A stretch of DNA of 64,000 nucleotides from Polyangiaceae bacterium (GTDB lineage Bacteria; Myxococcota_A; Polyangia; Polyangiales; Polyangiaceae). Below are positions 18,965 through 29,859 of this stretch, piece after piece (the first letter of the stretch is position 1; each line of letters starts with the position of its first letter). The position numbers and the translations under genes are program-made. The stretch is from NCBI GenBank assembly GCA_965222375.1, contig CBDCTZ010000016.1:1152001-1216000 (forward strand). Reading direction: 5' to 3'. The notes beneath the pieces were generated by a model. The model saw only the letters and a list, made by a program, of their open reading frames with translations, had not been told where the DNA came from and made no database searches.

Positions 18965-19159
18965 ATGACATCAGGTGTAGTCGAAGAGGTGTTGCCGAAA
19001 GCCATGTTTCGGGTCCGCCTCGACGATGGTCGCCAGCTTCGCGTGGGTGTTGCCGCGCAGCTACGCCACGCAGTCGTCCGTTTGATCGTTGGCGACCGAG
19101 TGGAAGTCAGAATCTCCCCGCAAGACCCCAACCGAGGACAAGTCACTAGGAAGCTTTGA
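18965..19159 (+). CDS. infA: Translation initiation factor IF-1-like protein (divergent)
   Basis: [16 protein letters not shown]...GDRVEV..SP.D..RG; syntenic between adk and rpmJ. Confidence 0.75.
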   Translation: MTSGVVEEVLPKAMFRVRLDDGRQLRVGVAAQLRHAVVRLIVGDRVEVRISPQDPNRGQVTRKL

Positions 19160-19175
19160 GATTAGCGAGTTGGTC

Positions 19176-19289
19176 ATGAAGGTACGTCCCAGCGTCAAGA
19201 AGATTTGCGATAAGTGCAAGGTCATCCGCCGCAAGGGTGTGGTCCGAGTGATCTGCGACAACCCGCGCCACAAGCAGCGGCAAGGCTAA
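19176..19289 (+). CDS. rpmJ: 50S ribosomal protein L36
   Basis: [37 protein letters not shown]. Confidence 0.99.
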   Translation: MKVRPSVKKICDKCKVIRRKGVVRVICDNPRHKQRQG

Positions 19290-19322
19290 CGAGAGTAGTT
19301 GGAAGGCTGAAGGTTTCAGAAA

Positions 19323-19682
19323 ATGGCACGCATCTCCGGAGTGGACCTCCCTCGTCGCAAGCACATCGCGTACGCGCTTCCGTATATCTATGGGATTGGC
19401 CCTAAGACGGCTCGGGACATCTGCAAGACGGCAGGCATCCCCGAAAACCGCCGCGTGGACGAACTGTCCGACGCGGACGTCAAAGCCATCCGCGACGCCA
19501 TCGAGAGCGATTGCAAGGTGGAAGGTGATCTGCGCCGCGAGATTCAGCAGAACATCAAACGACTCATGGACCTGGGCTGCTACCGCGGTCTCCGGCACCG
19601 CAAAGGCCTTCCGGTGAACGGCCAGCGAACTCACACCAACGCGCGTACCCGCAAGGGTCCCAAGAAGGGCATCAAGCGCTGA
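19323..19682 (+). CDS. rpsM: 30S ribosomal protein S13
   Basis: [10 protein letters not shown]...[26 protein letters not shown]. Confidence 0.99.
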   Translation: MARISGVDLPRRKHIAYALPYIYGIGPKTARDICKTAGIPENRRVDELSDADVKAIRDAIESDCKVEGDLRREIQQNIKRLMDLGCYRGLRHRKGLPVNGQRTHTNARTRKGPKKGIKR

Positions 19683-19697
19683 GCTTAGGAACTACCG

Positions 19698-20090
19698 ATG
19701 GCCAATCCGAAAAAGCGCACCCAGAAGAAGACCGTCAAGAAGAACATTGCGACGGGCATCGCGCACATCAAGAGCACCTTCAACAACACCATCGTCACGA
19801 TCACCGACGTGAACGGCAACGTTCTGTCTTGGGCCAGCGCGGGTTCGCGCGGGTTCAAGGGGTCGCGGAAGAGCACTCCCTTCGCCGCGCAGCTAGCGGC
19901 TGAAGAAGCTGGGCGTCGCGCCCAGGACCACGGAGTTCGCTCCGTGGCTGTTTTCGTCAAAGGCCCCGGCGCCGGTCGCGAGAGTGCCCTGCGCGCATTT
20001 CAGCAGGTGGGCTTCAAGGTCAGCATCATTCGAGATGTGACGCCCATCCCTCACAACGGTTGCCGCCCGCCCAAGCGGCGCAGAGTTTGA
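19698..20090 (+). CDS. rpsK: 30S ribosomal protein S11
   Basis: STFNNTIVT...RKSTPFAAQ...[18 protein letters not shown]. Confidence 0.99.
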   Translation: MANPKKRTQKKTVKKNIATGIAHIKSTFNNTIVTITDVNGNVLSWASAGSRGFKGSRKSTPFAAQLAAEEAGRRAQDHGVRSVAVFVKGPGAGRESALRAFQQVGFKVSIIRDVTPIPHNGCRPPKRRRV

Positions 20091-20123
20091 TCCAGCCGAG
20101 GCTGGCTGATTGGAAAGATTGAT

Positions 20124-20753
20124 ATGGCTCGCTATCTAGGTCCCGTTTGCAAGCTCTGCCGTCGCGAAGGCATGAAGCTGTACTTGAAGGGTGAGCGCTG
20201 CTTCACCGAGAAATGCGCAATTGCGCGTCGGCCTTATCCCCCCGGGCAGCATGGTCAGGGTCGCATCAAGCTCAGCGAGTATGGGCTGCGGCTTCGCGAG
20301 AAGCAGAAGATGCGTCGCATCTACGGCCTGCTCGAGCGGCAGTTCTCCGGCTACTACGCCCAGGCCTCCGGCATGAAGGGCCGTACCGGTGAGGAGATGC
20401 TCGGCATCATCGAGCGTCGCCTCGACAACGTCGTACATCGCATGGGTTTCGCGGTCAGCCGCCCGCAGGCGCGCCAGCTGGTTCGCCACAGCCACATCTT
20501 GGTCAACGGCAAGCGTCTGAACATTCCCAGCTACCGCGTGAACGTCAACGACAAGATCGAAATCCGCGAGAAGAGCAAGAAGATCGCGTTCGTCGCCGCC
20601 GCACTCGCTCAGGCAGAGAGCAAGACGCCGCCGACTTGGATTGACGTCGACAAGGACGGACTCAGCGGCACGATCAAGGGAATGCCGGTTCGCGACGAGC
20701 TGAACGAACCGATGATTCGCGAGCAATACGTCGTCGAGTATTACTCGCGCTAA
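20124..20753 (+). CDS. rpsD: 30S ribosomal protein S4
   Basis: MARYLGPVCKLCRREG...PGQHG...LREKQK...VEYYSR. Confidence 0.99.
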   Translation: MARYLGPVCKLCRREGMKLYLKGERCFTEKCAIARRPYPPGQHGQGRIKLSEYGLRLREKQKMRRIYGLLERQFSGYYAQASGMKGRTGEEMLGIIERRLDNVVHRMGFAVSRPQARQLVRHSHILVNGKRLNIPSYRVNVNDKIEIREKSKKIAFVAAALAQAESKTPPTWIDVDKDGLSGTIKGMPVRDELNEPMIREQYVVEYYSR

Positions 20754-20920
20754 TTGATTTTGGGGCAGCGCCCCTATTTGAAAGACAGATTGAAGCAACG
20801 CATGCGGGCAGGCCGCGGAGCACCAACGGGAGTGGGTTCCTTTTGGTGTTTGGGACGGCCGCGCAAGACGCCCTAAGGGGCTAGAAGCACTCGAAAGAGC
20901 GCAGGAAGGAACAGCCGAAC

Positions 20921-21946
<1,026 letters not shown>

Positions 21947-21971
21947 GCGCCCGGATCAAAGGGAGACGACG

Positions 21972-22514
21972 ATGCGTCATCGAATAGCTGGCCGACAATT
22001 CGGCCGAAACACGAGCCACCGGCGCGCGATGCTTCGCGCGCTCACGGCGAACTTGCTCGCTCACGAGCGCATCGAAACGACGGACGCCAAAGCCAAAGAG
22101 CTGCGTCGGGTGGCGGAGCGCATGATCACCCGTGCGCGACGCCTGGGCCCGATTGCCTATTCGCCCCTCGACAAGCTGAGCATCGCAGACCGTGCGCGGC
22201 GCCAAGCTGCCAAGCAGCAGGTGGGCAAATTCCTCCGCCGCTTTGCCGTAATCCAGGAGAACGGCGAACGAAAGAAGGTCGACCTGGTGGAAAAGCTCTT
22301 CCTCGACTTGGCCAAGCGCTTCGCAGATCGCCCCGGGGGCTACACCCGCATCATCAAGCTTGGTCGTCGCCGTGGGGACAACGCCCCCATGTCGATTATC
22401 GAGCTGGTGAGCGATAGCGCTCCCTCGGACAAGGATGGTGGCAAGAAGAAGGCGAAGGAGCCCACCAAAGCCAAGGCCAAGCCCGAAGAGGCTGCAGCTG
22501 AAGCAGCGGGCTGA
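21972..22514 (+). CDS. rplQ: 50S ribosomal protein L17
   Basis: MRHR...[25 protein letters not shown]. Confidence 0.98.
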   Translation: MRHRIAGRQFGRNTSHRRAMLRALTANLLAHERIETTDAKAKELRRVAERMITRARRLGPIAYSPLDKLSIADRARRQAAKQQVGKFLRRFAVIQENGERKKVDLVEKLFLDLAKRFADRPGGYTRIIKLGRRRGDNAPMSIIELVSDSAPSDKDGGKKKAKEPTKAKAKPEEAAAEAAG

Positions 22515-22531
22515 ACCTGAGCAGCAAGGAG

Positions 22532-22575
22532 AAACGCGGCGAGCCCCCTGGCTCTGCCGCGTTTTTTCGTTTGTT
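22532..22575 (+). terminator. Rho-independent terminator ending the ribosomal protein/alpha operon
   Basis: AAACGCGGCGAGCC-CCCT-GGCTCTGCCGCGTTT followed by a T-rich tail. Confidence 0.85.
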
Positions 22576-22588
22576 CCCCTCCGGCGGG

Positions 22589-22813
22589 CTACCTGCGAGG
22601 GGTTGCCCAGCGGGTGCGAACTGCCAGCAGGATGCCCAAAAGGACGATGATGAGCCCGGACCACCGCATCGGGCCGCTGAGGGCCGTGACCGACGTCGCG
22701 ATGCCGAATAGCACGAGGATTACTGAAGCCACGTAGGCTCCGCGGGGCGAGATGGGCGAAGCGGGCGCCCGCCTCAACTGGCGGCGGAACTCCTGTTCGG
22801 GGTCGTCGGTCAT
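22589..22813 (-). CDS. Small membrane protein, two TM helices
   Basis: Two hydrophobic stretches; abuts the upstream ORF on the same strand. Confidence 0.6.
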   Translation of the reverse strand: MTDDPEQEFRRQLRRAPASPISPRGAYVASVILVLFGIATSVTALSGPMRWSGLIIVLLGILLAVRTRWATPRR

Positions 22814-22815
22814 GC

Positions 22816-23955
22816 TCAGCGGTACGCGCTTCGAGTCTCCCGCTGCCGCAGGAGTTCTTCGGCGCAGGCCATGGCTTTTGTCAGGGCATCCTTCGTATCG
22901 ACAAGAGAATCCAGCACTCCGGCTCGCCCCGCACCGATGCCGTTTTCGGTTATCAGAAGCTCGGGCATGGGTTTGGACAAGGCGAGCAGCGTCTGCCTGG
23001 CAGAGCGGGACAGCACGCGCTCGGCCAGCTCTCGAGAGCTACTGCGCACAAGAAAGCGCCCGTCGAAATCCTCGTCGCCGAATTTGATGTCTGGCGCAAA
23101 CCACCGCTCCCAGTTGCCGCTATAGGTCGTTACTCGCAGATCACCTGAAATGGGTGGGTCGAGTTCGAGCATCAGCTCGGTGCGCCAGGACTTGTAGGCT
23201 GGATGTGCCGCGCGAAGCCGCAAATGGCCGTAGGGAAGCTCCAAACCGAGCTCTAGGGTCTGCTCGTCGAGTTTGCCTCCGAAGTGGCCGGCGGCCGTCA
23301 GCCAGGCTTCCGCCACTCGAGCGTGCACTCGGGAACGCGCGCTGCTCTGGCGGTTTTCATCGAGCAGCTTTGCGATACGGGTCGCGAAGCGCACGGACTC
23401 TCGAAGTTCTCTGCGCGAGCCCAGCCCAGAAGCGTTGACGCTGACCCGACCGGCCGTGAGCTTGGGATAGAAGCCTGCCCAGTTTGCATCTAGCAGTGTG
23501 CGTTTCAACGCCTTGTCGACGAGTCCGTCTGCAAAGCGGCGGTCGGTCGTTTGTATTTCGAACTCCGCGAGAAAATCGTCTTCCACGTATAGCGGCGTCG
23601 TCCGTCCGGCTAAACTCAGGTCGGCCCACAGTGGAGGGTTGATGGAAACGTCAATGGCGACCATCGCAGTGGCTCCCCACATCAAGCTCGCGAAGCGGTG
23701 GGCGATGGTCGCACCGAAGGGCATGCCGTCGACACGGCCCTCCAGGCCCATGGGGCTGAAGGCGTAGACGCCGAGGACCATGCCGGACTTGCGTTCGACG
23801 ACCTGCAAGCCAAGCTCCGCGGCCATGGCTTCCACACAGCTCTTGATGTCGTCGGTGGATTCGAAGTAGTCCTGGGCGGCGCCCTGGTTTCCCGCTCGAA
23901 GGCGCGCCGCAGCACGAAGATTGGCCGTGCTCCGCGCCTTCCTTTGCGGCCCCAC
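22816..23955 (-). CDS. Hypothetical protein with an internally duplicated domain
   Basis: 379-aa ORF; two PP..DL...DF...F.... segments. Confidence 0.7.
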   Translation of the reverse strand: MGPQRKARSTANLRAAARLRAGNQGAAQDYFESTDDIKSCVEAMAAELGLQVVERKSGMVLGVYAFSPMGLEGRVDGMPFGATIAHRFASLMWGATAMVAIDVSINPPLWADLSLAGRTTPLYVEDDFLAEFEIQTTDRRFADGLVDKALKRTLLDANWAGFYPKLTAGRVSVNASGLGSRRELRESVRFATRIAKLLDENRQSSARSRVHARVAEAWLTAAGHFGGKLDEQTLELGLELPYGHLRLRAAHPAYKSWRTELMLELDPPISGDLRVTTYSGNWERWFAPDIKFGDEDFDGRFLVRSSSRELAERVLSRSARQTLLALSKPMPELLITENGIGAGRAGVLDSLVDTKDALTKAMACAEELLRQRETRSAYR

Positions 23956-24635
23956 TAGTCCCAGTCCTCGTCGACGTCACGGTCTCCGTCGGACGATTCC
24001 GTTATCTGTACTGCGTCAAACCTGACCGTCTTCGCAAGGTTGGGCTGCGCCGGCTGCGCTTGCGCCGGCTGCCCCGCTGGCGGGGTGTGGTGGACCTTGG
24101 TGGGAATGGCCTCCTCTGGAACCGTGACTCGAGGCAAACGCAGGGTGGGCTTGCGCTCGACCTCGGGTTGAAACACGGGCCGTGAGGACTGCGGCGGCGA
24201 GCCGTCCAGGGCTGCCAAGTTCAGCTCTTCTCCAGGTACATCTCGCACGAGCACCAGGGGAGATAGCTCGCGCATGTTCACGGCGAACCACTCCACGAAC
24301 TCAGACAGTCCCACGGGCACCAAGAGGGTCTGGAACGAGCGTTGATAGCTGAGCCCATCGAAAATGAGAACGTCCAATACAGTTCCGTCCTCGTGTTGCT
24401 GAAGAAGCACGTCGAGGCCGCCTTCGATCCACTCGGCTCGGGCTAAGCGTGCCAGCACCTCCAAGATCCGCCCCGCGCCGTCTTCCGGACGCGCCACTTC
24501 GACCATGCGCAGAATCAGCGCCAAGACGCGATCACCCGGCGGCGGATCTGTCAGCTTGCGAGCCGGTTCAAAGGCCGCCTCAAGCACCGAGTCGTCCAGG
24601 TCATGGTTGCTAGTGAAGCTGAGGTCCAAGGTCAT
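23955..24635 (-). CDS. Hypothetical protein
   Basis: 226-aa ORF coupled to the downstream gene; acidic C-terminus. Confidence 0.7.
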   Translation of the reverse strand: MTLDLSFTSNHDLDDSVLEAAFEPARKLTDPPPGDRVLALILRMVEVARPEDGAGRILEVLARLARAEWIEGGLDVLLQQHEDGTVLDVLIFDGLSYQRSFQTLLVPVGLSEFVEWFAVNMRELSPLVLVRDVPGEELNLAALDGSPPQSSRPVFQPEVERKPTLRLPRVTVPEEAIPTKVHHTPPAGQPAQAQPAQPNLAKTVRFDAVQITESSDGDRDVDEDWD

Positions 24636-24711
24636 GCGGAGGAATCCGGGAGTTTATCCGACGCCCTGCTGATCGCCAACACGCCTAGGGAAACGGCCTA
24701 GAAGCGCGCTT

Positions 24712-26481
24712 CTACGCATCCACGTCGTCAGGCTCGGGATCCGACTTGGCTTTGGCCTGGCCGCCGGTCGCGCCTGCGTCCCCCGGGGCCGGCGATGATT
24801 CCGTCTCCTCGTCGCGCGTGGAATTGTCCTCGTCCGGTGTTGAATCGGACGTCCGCGCAGAGTCTTCACTGCTCTCTTCCGACTCGGCGTCTGCAGCGTC
24901 CGATGCTTCGATGGTCCGTTCCGGGTCGGCGCCAGTCAGTTCGGCGGGTTTGGCCGTCTCTTCCTCCTCCCCGGGTCGGCCTCGGCGCAGCGCGACGAAA
25001 CCGATCGCCAACAGCGCCAAGGCTCCAATCGCGCCGGCTGCGGCGTAGCGGTTGAAGCGCGTCTTCTTCTTCACCTCCCCGCGCTCCATGAGGTCAGCCA
25101 GGTCCCGCGCGTCGTCGTTGCTCTCGTCGAGCTCCAACGCGCGGGCCACCAGGGTCTGATCAGCGATGTTCTTGGAGAGGAGTACTTCTGCTCGAAGCGT
25201 CAGTTCCTGGCTCTCGATGCGGGGATGCTCCTTGGCGGCTGCTACGCGTTTGGCGCGGCGCAGTGCATCCAGAGCCAAGTCTGGCTGTTCCTCCTGCACC
25301 TTTCGTGCATAGGCCACATAGCCCCTCGCCATTTCCGCGCGATGTTCGAATATCGGGCTGCGCGCCAGGACCTTGTCGAAGGCAGTTCGCATCTCTTCGA
25401 GCTTGCCCTCTCGTTCAGCAGCCAAGCCCGCCTCGAACAAGTCGTGCACTTTGGCCAAACGCAGCCGATCCAGCTCCCCGAACAGCTCCCGCGCGGTGCG
25501 ATCCCAGCTCCAGTCGCGAGGTGGTTTCTTGCCGACGGTGCTTTCATAGCTATCCCGCAGCTGCCATGCGCCTACTTCACCCATCATTGCGACACCCTGA
25601 CGCGCAGCCTGTCGGATCTGAGCGCGCTCGCTGTTGGCGAAGGAGATGATGATCCGGGCGGCGTCAGGTTCACGGATGCGCCCATACGCTCGCAGCACGT
25701 CAGCCAAGACTTCTTGATCTTCGGTGCGGACGGCCTCACTCACGATCCCCTTGCCCAAGGTGTCAAGTTGCCGCTCTGCCCAACGTGCGATCTTGCCCGC
25801 TCGATGCCGCCGAGTCTCGACTAGCGCAGCCACCGCCTTGTCGCCGAGCTTCTCCAATTGCAGCTGGGTATCCACGCGTAGGAAGTCCCCGAACCGCACA
25901 TAGACGTCGATGAGCTCTCGCACCCCCTGCACGGAGCCGATTTGCACAAGCATTCTGCTCATGGCCAAAACGCTGACCAGGTCCTGCCATAGCTTGTCGT
26001 CAGGCCGCGCGAATTCCACGACGATGTCTAGATAGTCAGGCGTGACGATCTTTCCTCTTTTTCCTTCGGCGCGCATCTTCTCGCGCACGGCCTTGCGCGC
26101 TTTGCGGCGCAGCGACTGGAGCAAGCGCTTCATGCCCCTGCGGTCGCCCTGATCCGCTATGTCGTTGAGGCGTTTGTCGATGGCTGGAACCAAGGACCGA
26201 CTGATTTCCAGGAGCTGTCGCACGGCGGACTGGCGCACATGCGCGTCCTTCGAGCGGAAGCGAGACAAGTGTGTCTCCAGCTCCTCGAGGTGCTCCTTGT
26301 TTGGCGCCTTGCGCTCCCTCTTCGGAACTTCGGGTAGCTCCGGAAGCGGGCGCTTGACCCGCTTGGCGCCAGCATCTGCCTGCGCCAAACTACACAGCAG
26401 GCCCAAAGCCAGAGCCGCCGCGAGCGCTCGCACGCCGAGGGCCCACCCGCGGGCAGGGGAGAGTCTAGCCCAGGGGATCAA
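24712..26481 (-). CDS. Exported HEAT/TPR-like alpha-helical protein with a C-terminal TM anchor and acidic tail
   Basis: N-terminal signal (AQA), helical repeats, TM AAAGAIGALALLAIGFVAL followed by RR. Confidence 0.75.
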   Translation of the reverse strand: MIPWARLSPARGWALGVRALAAALALGLLCSLAQADAGAKRVKRPLPELPEVPKRERKAPNKEHLEELETHLSRFRSKDAHVRQSAVRQLLEISRSLVPAIDKRLNDIADQGDRRGMKRLLQSLRRKARKAVREKMRAEGKRGKIVTPDYLDIVVEFARPDDKLWQDLVSVLAMSRMLVQIGSVQGVRELIDVYVRFGDFLRVDTQLQLEKLGDKAVAALVETRRHRAGKIARWAERQLDTLGKGIVSEAVRTEDQEVLADVLRAYGRIREPDAARIIISFANSERAQIRQAARQGVAMMGEVGAWQLRDSYESTVGKKPPRDWSWDRTARELFGELDRLRLAKVHDLFEAGLAAEREGKLEEMRTAFDKVLARSPIFEHRAEMARGYVAYARKVQEEQPDLALDALRRAKRVAAAKEHPRIESQELTLRAEVLLSKNIADQTLVARALELDESNDDARDLADLMERGEVKKKTRFNRYAAAGAIGALALLAIGFVALRRGRPGEEEETAKPAELTGADPERTIEASDAADAESEESSEDSARTSDSTPDEDNSTRDEETESSPAPGDAGATGGQAKAKSDPEPDDVDA

Positions 26482-26756
26482 TAGACTATTCGGAAGTCCG
26501 GGAACTCGCCCGTGAAGCTGCGCCAGCGAGTTTCGACCTTATCCACCCGGGCGGCGCCAGGTCCCTTTTGTGCCCAGCCGTAGAGCTCGCGGATGGAAAT
26601 CTCTTCCCCTTCCGCCAGGATCTCCACGCTACCGTCAGTGCGGTTCTTGACCCAGCCCGAGAGCCCCAGTCGCTTGGCCTCCCGCTGGGCGGACGCGCGG
26701 AAATACACACCCTGTACCCGCCCTCGGACCGTGAGGTGAAGTTGTTTCAGCGCCAT
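26478..26756 (-). CDS. acyP: Acylphosphatase
   Basis: VRGRVQGVYFR...GWVKNRTDGSVE. Confidence 0.97.
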   Translation of the reverse strand: MALKQLHLTVRGRVQGVYFRASAQREAKRLGLSGWVKNRTDGSVEILAEGEEISIRELYGWAQKGPGAARVDKVETRWRSFTGEFPDFRIVY

Positions 26757-26875
26757 TGCCCCAGGCCTTAGCCGAGGCGCGCCGAGTTCGCCAGTCTCCC
26801 GACGCCGAAAGTCTGAACGTTTGTTTCTGGGCTCAGCCCTTCCCGGGGGCGCCAGTCGGTGAGATTCTGCGGGCG

Positions 26876-28735
26876 GTGGTCGACAGCGCGGACGTTTCAG
26901 CCGAATCGGGCGCTCTGAAGGCGGAGCTCATGCGGGAGCGCCGCATCGCCGGCGCGTTGCGCGAAGTCGGCAATGCGCTTGGGACCACCCTGGAGCTCGA
27001 CGACTTGCTCGAGCTGATTCTGGGCAAAGTGACCGAGCTACTCGAAGCTGACCGGGCAACCCTGTACCTGTTGGATGACGCCAACAACGAGCTCGTTAGT
27101 CGCATCTTCGTGGGACAGAACGTGCGCAGCATCCGCCTAAAGGTGGGTCACGGAATCGCAGGCAAGGTTGCCCAGACCGGCAAGGCCTTTCGAATTCGCG
27201 ATGCCTATCAAGAGCCCAGCTTCGAGCGTCAGTGGGACACCCTGACGGGCTATCGGACCACCAGCATGTTGGCTGCGCCCCTGAAGAACCACTTGGGTCG
27301 TACCATCGGCGTGATCCAGGTTCTCAACAAGATCCGGGCTGAGGAGTTCACGTCCGAAGATGAGGATTTGGTCACGGCTCTGTCCACCCAGGCTGCCGTG
27401 GCGATCGACAACTCTCGTTTGTTCCTGTCGTTGATTCAGAAGAACAAACAACTCCTCGACGCCACCGAGCAGCTGGCCCGCAAACTGAAGGACCTGGAGC
27501 TGCTCTTCGAGCTCGAGCGCGCCACCGCCCGCGCCACGGACATCGACGGGTTGTTGCTTCGTGTGATGTCGTTGGTTACCGAAGCGTGTGGCGCCCAAGG
27601 GGCCGCGGCCCAGCTTGCGGAGGAGGAAACCGGGGATCAAGTGCTGTACGTTTATGATGCAGCGACGCCGGAGACGCTTAGCCGCCGCGGTATCAAGACC
27701 GGTGAAGGTCTCCTCAGCGAGGCCTTCGCGGACCAAGCTCCGGTGCTGATCGAGGATGCTGCCCAACACCCGCGCTGGAACGATAGGATAGAAGGCAGCT
27801 ATCCCTTCGAATTTTCCACGGTTTTGGCGATGGCGCTGGAAGGTGATGAGCAGCCCATTGGCGCTGTTGGGCTGTTCAAAGCGCAAGAACCCAGCTTTTC
27901 CTCGGAAGATGTCTCTCTCGTGCGTCTGGTCGCAGCCAACGCCGCCACGGCGGTGAGGTTGTACCGAGCAAGCCGTGCACGGGAGGTCTCAGAGCGCCTA
28001 ACCACCATTGGGCGATTGCTGTCCCAAGTCATCCATGATTTCAAGTCCCCTATGACCGTGATCAGCGGATACGTACAGCTCATGGTGGACGCAGACGGCC
28101 AGGAAAAGCGGGGCGAATACGCGGAAGAGGTCCTCAAGCAGTTCGACACGCTCAGCGCCATGCAGCGGGAGGTCCTCGAGTTCGCCCGGGGCGAGCGATC
28201 CATCTTTATCCGAAGAGTCTATCTCAGGAAGTTCTTCTCGGAGCTCACGCGGCAGCTGGCACACGAGGTGGATGGTCGGGCGGTGGAACTAGAGGTCGAC
28301 GTGGACAACAAGGTTGTCGCTCGCTTCGATGAAGCTCGGCTTGCCCGAGCGATCTTCAACCTGGCTCGCAATGCCATAGAGGCCATGGCAGACCAGGGCG
28401 GCTGCCTCAGAATCAGTGCCGGCATGGAAGGTGCGGACCTTCTAATTCGAGTTTCGGACACAGGGCCCGGCATCCCCGATGAGATCGCCACCAGCCTGTT
28501 CCAGAGTTTCGTGACGGCCAATAAGCAGGACGGCACGGGCTTGGGGCTTGCGATCGTGAAGAAAATCATCGACGAACACGGCGGCAGCGTAGAGGTGGAC
28601 AGCTCTCCGGACGGCGCTACTTTCGCATTGCGCCTGCCCCAGAACACCCAGGCTAAGGCTGACGGGGATTCGGGCACGAAGCGCGAGAGCAAGACAAAGC
28701 GCCGGCGGGCGTCTTCGGAGAAGAGCACTAGATGA
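26876..28735 (+). CDS. Cytoplasmic GAF-GAF sensor histidine kinase
   Basis: Two GAF domains, H-box IHDFKSPM, NLARNAIEA, DTGPGI and GTGLGLAIV; start uncertain. Confidence 0.92.
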   Translation: MVDSADVSAESGALKAELMRERRIAGALREVGNALGTTLELDDLLELILGKVTELLEADRATLYLLDDANNELVSRIFVGQNVRSIRLKVGHGIAGKVAQTGKAFRIRDAYQEPSFERQWDTLTGYRTTSMLAAPLKNHLGRTIGVIQVLNKIRAEEFTSEDEDLVTALSTQAAVAIDNSRLFLSLIQKNKQLLDATEQLARKLKDLELLFELERATARATDIDGLLLRVMSLVTEACGAQGAAAQLAEEETGDQVLYVYDAATPETLSRRGIKTGEGLLSEAFADQAPVLIEDAAQHPRWNDRIEGSYPFEFSTVLAMALEGDEQPIGAVGLFKAQEPSFSSEDVSLVRLVAANAATAVRLYRASRAREVSERLTTIGRLLSQVIHDFKSPMTVISGYVQLMVDADGQEKRGEYAEEVLKQFDTLSAMQREVLEFARGERSIFIRRVYLRKFFSELTRQLAHEVDGRAVELEVDVDNKVVARFDEARLARAIFNLARNAIEAMADQGGCLRISAGMEGADLLIRVSDTGPGIPDEIATSLFQSFVTANKQDGTGLGLAIVKKIIDEHGGSVEVDSSPDGATFALRLPQNTQAKADGDSGTKRESKTKRRRASSEKSTR

Positions 28736-29802
28736 CCACGAAACTGCCTCTTGTGAGTCAGCAGCGGAAAGCCCTCGAAAACTGCGCGTACTGCCCGAAG
28801 CTGTGCCGTGCGGTGTGCCCGGTGTCCGCTGCGGACCGACGAGAAACCCTGACCCCCTGGGGCAAGATGTCCCTCACTTGGATGACATCACGGGGGCGGC
28901 CGTCGCCGGATGCCGAGATTGCCGAGACGGTTTGGGCCTGCACCGGGTGCATGGCATGCCGACAAAACTGCGATCACGAAAATCCGGTCGCCGAGACCCT
29001 CGCGATGGCGCGGGCCGATTACTTCAATGCTGTGTTGGCGCCTAGCTCGGCCAAGGAGTCCGCGGCGCGCTTCCCTGAGCTGGAAGGAAAGCTCTCCGCG
29101 GCAGCTCAGGGCTTGGCCAAGCACGACGGGGTGGATGTGAATTCCCGCATCGCGCTCGTGGTGGGCTGCAGCTACCTGACCCAGGCGCCGGAGGAATCCG
29201 CCGCCGCGCTGCGTGTCGCCGCAAGCTTGGTCGGCCCGATTCGGCTGGTCGATGCTTGCTGTGGACTGCCTCTGTTTCTGGCAGGCGATCATGGCAGCTT
29301 GAGGCAAGCTCAGAAGAAACTCGAGCGCGCGCTTTCAGGAACGACCCGCGTCATTGCAGCTGACCCCGGGTGCACGAGGTTCCTCGAGTCCCGCCGCGCG
29401 GAGTCGTTGGTCGCCATTGCGGCGCGCAGCCTGAGCAAGCTCCGACGACTCGAGGACCTGAAGCCCGATGTACCGGTGCGGTACCACGACCCGTGTCAAC
29501 TCGGGCGTGGGCTGGGGCTGTTCGAGGAACCTCGCAAGATCCTGGCCCGAATCTTGGGTCGCGCCCCGGAAGAATTCTCCCGGGCTCGCGAGGACGCCGT
29601 GTGTAGCGGTGGTGGCGGGCTCTTGCCCGAAACCGCACCAAGAACCAGCGAGCGGATCGCATCTCAGCGCCTGGAGGATCACCGGGCCCTCGGTGGAGGC
29701 ATCGTGGTGACTGCCTGCGGCAAGAGCTTGCAGCGCTTCCGCGACAATGGCGCGGAAGCCGTCGATCTGCTCACCCTCGTCGACCGCGCGCTGCCGCGCT
29801 AG
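28732..29802 (+). CDS. Fe-S binding oxidoreductase subunit (GlpC/HdrD-like CCG domains)
   Basis: CAYCPKLCRAVCP, CTGCMACRQNC, ACCG, YHDPCQLGR and CSGGGG motifs. Confidence 0.88.
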   Translation: MTTKLPLVSQQRKALENCAYCPKLCRAVCPVSAADRRETLTPWGKMSLTWMTSRGRPSPDAEIAETVWACTGCMACRQNCDHENPVAETLAMARADYFNAVLAPSSAKESAARFPELEGKLSAAAQGLAKHDGVDVNSRIALVVGCSYLTQAPEESAAALRVAASLVGPIRLVDACCGLPLFLAGDHGSLRQAQKKLERALSGTTRVIAADPGCTRFLESRRAESLVAIAARSLSKLRRLEDLKPDVPVRYHDPCQLGRGLGLFEEPRKILARILGRAPEEFSRAREDAVCSGGGGLLPETAPRTSERIASQRLEDHRALGGGIVVTACGKSLQRFRDNGAEAVDLLTLVDRALPR

Positions 29803-29859
29803 TTCCATGCTGCGCGCGCTGCGCTATGGTTGCCCCGCGCCACAAACCGCCGTTGGATC

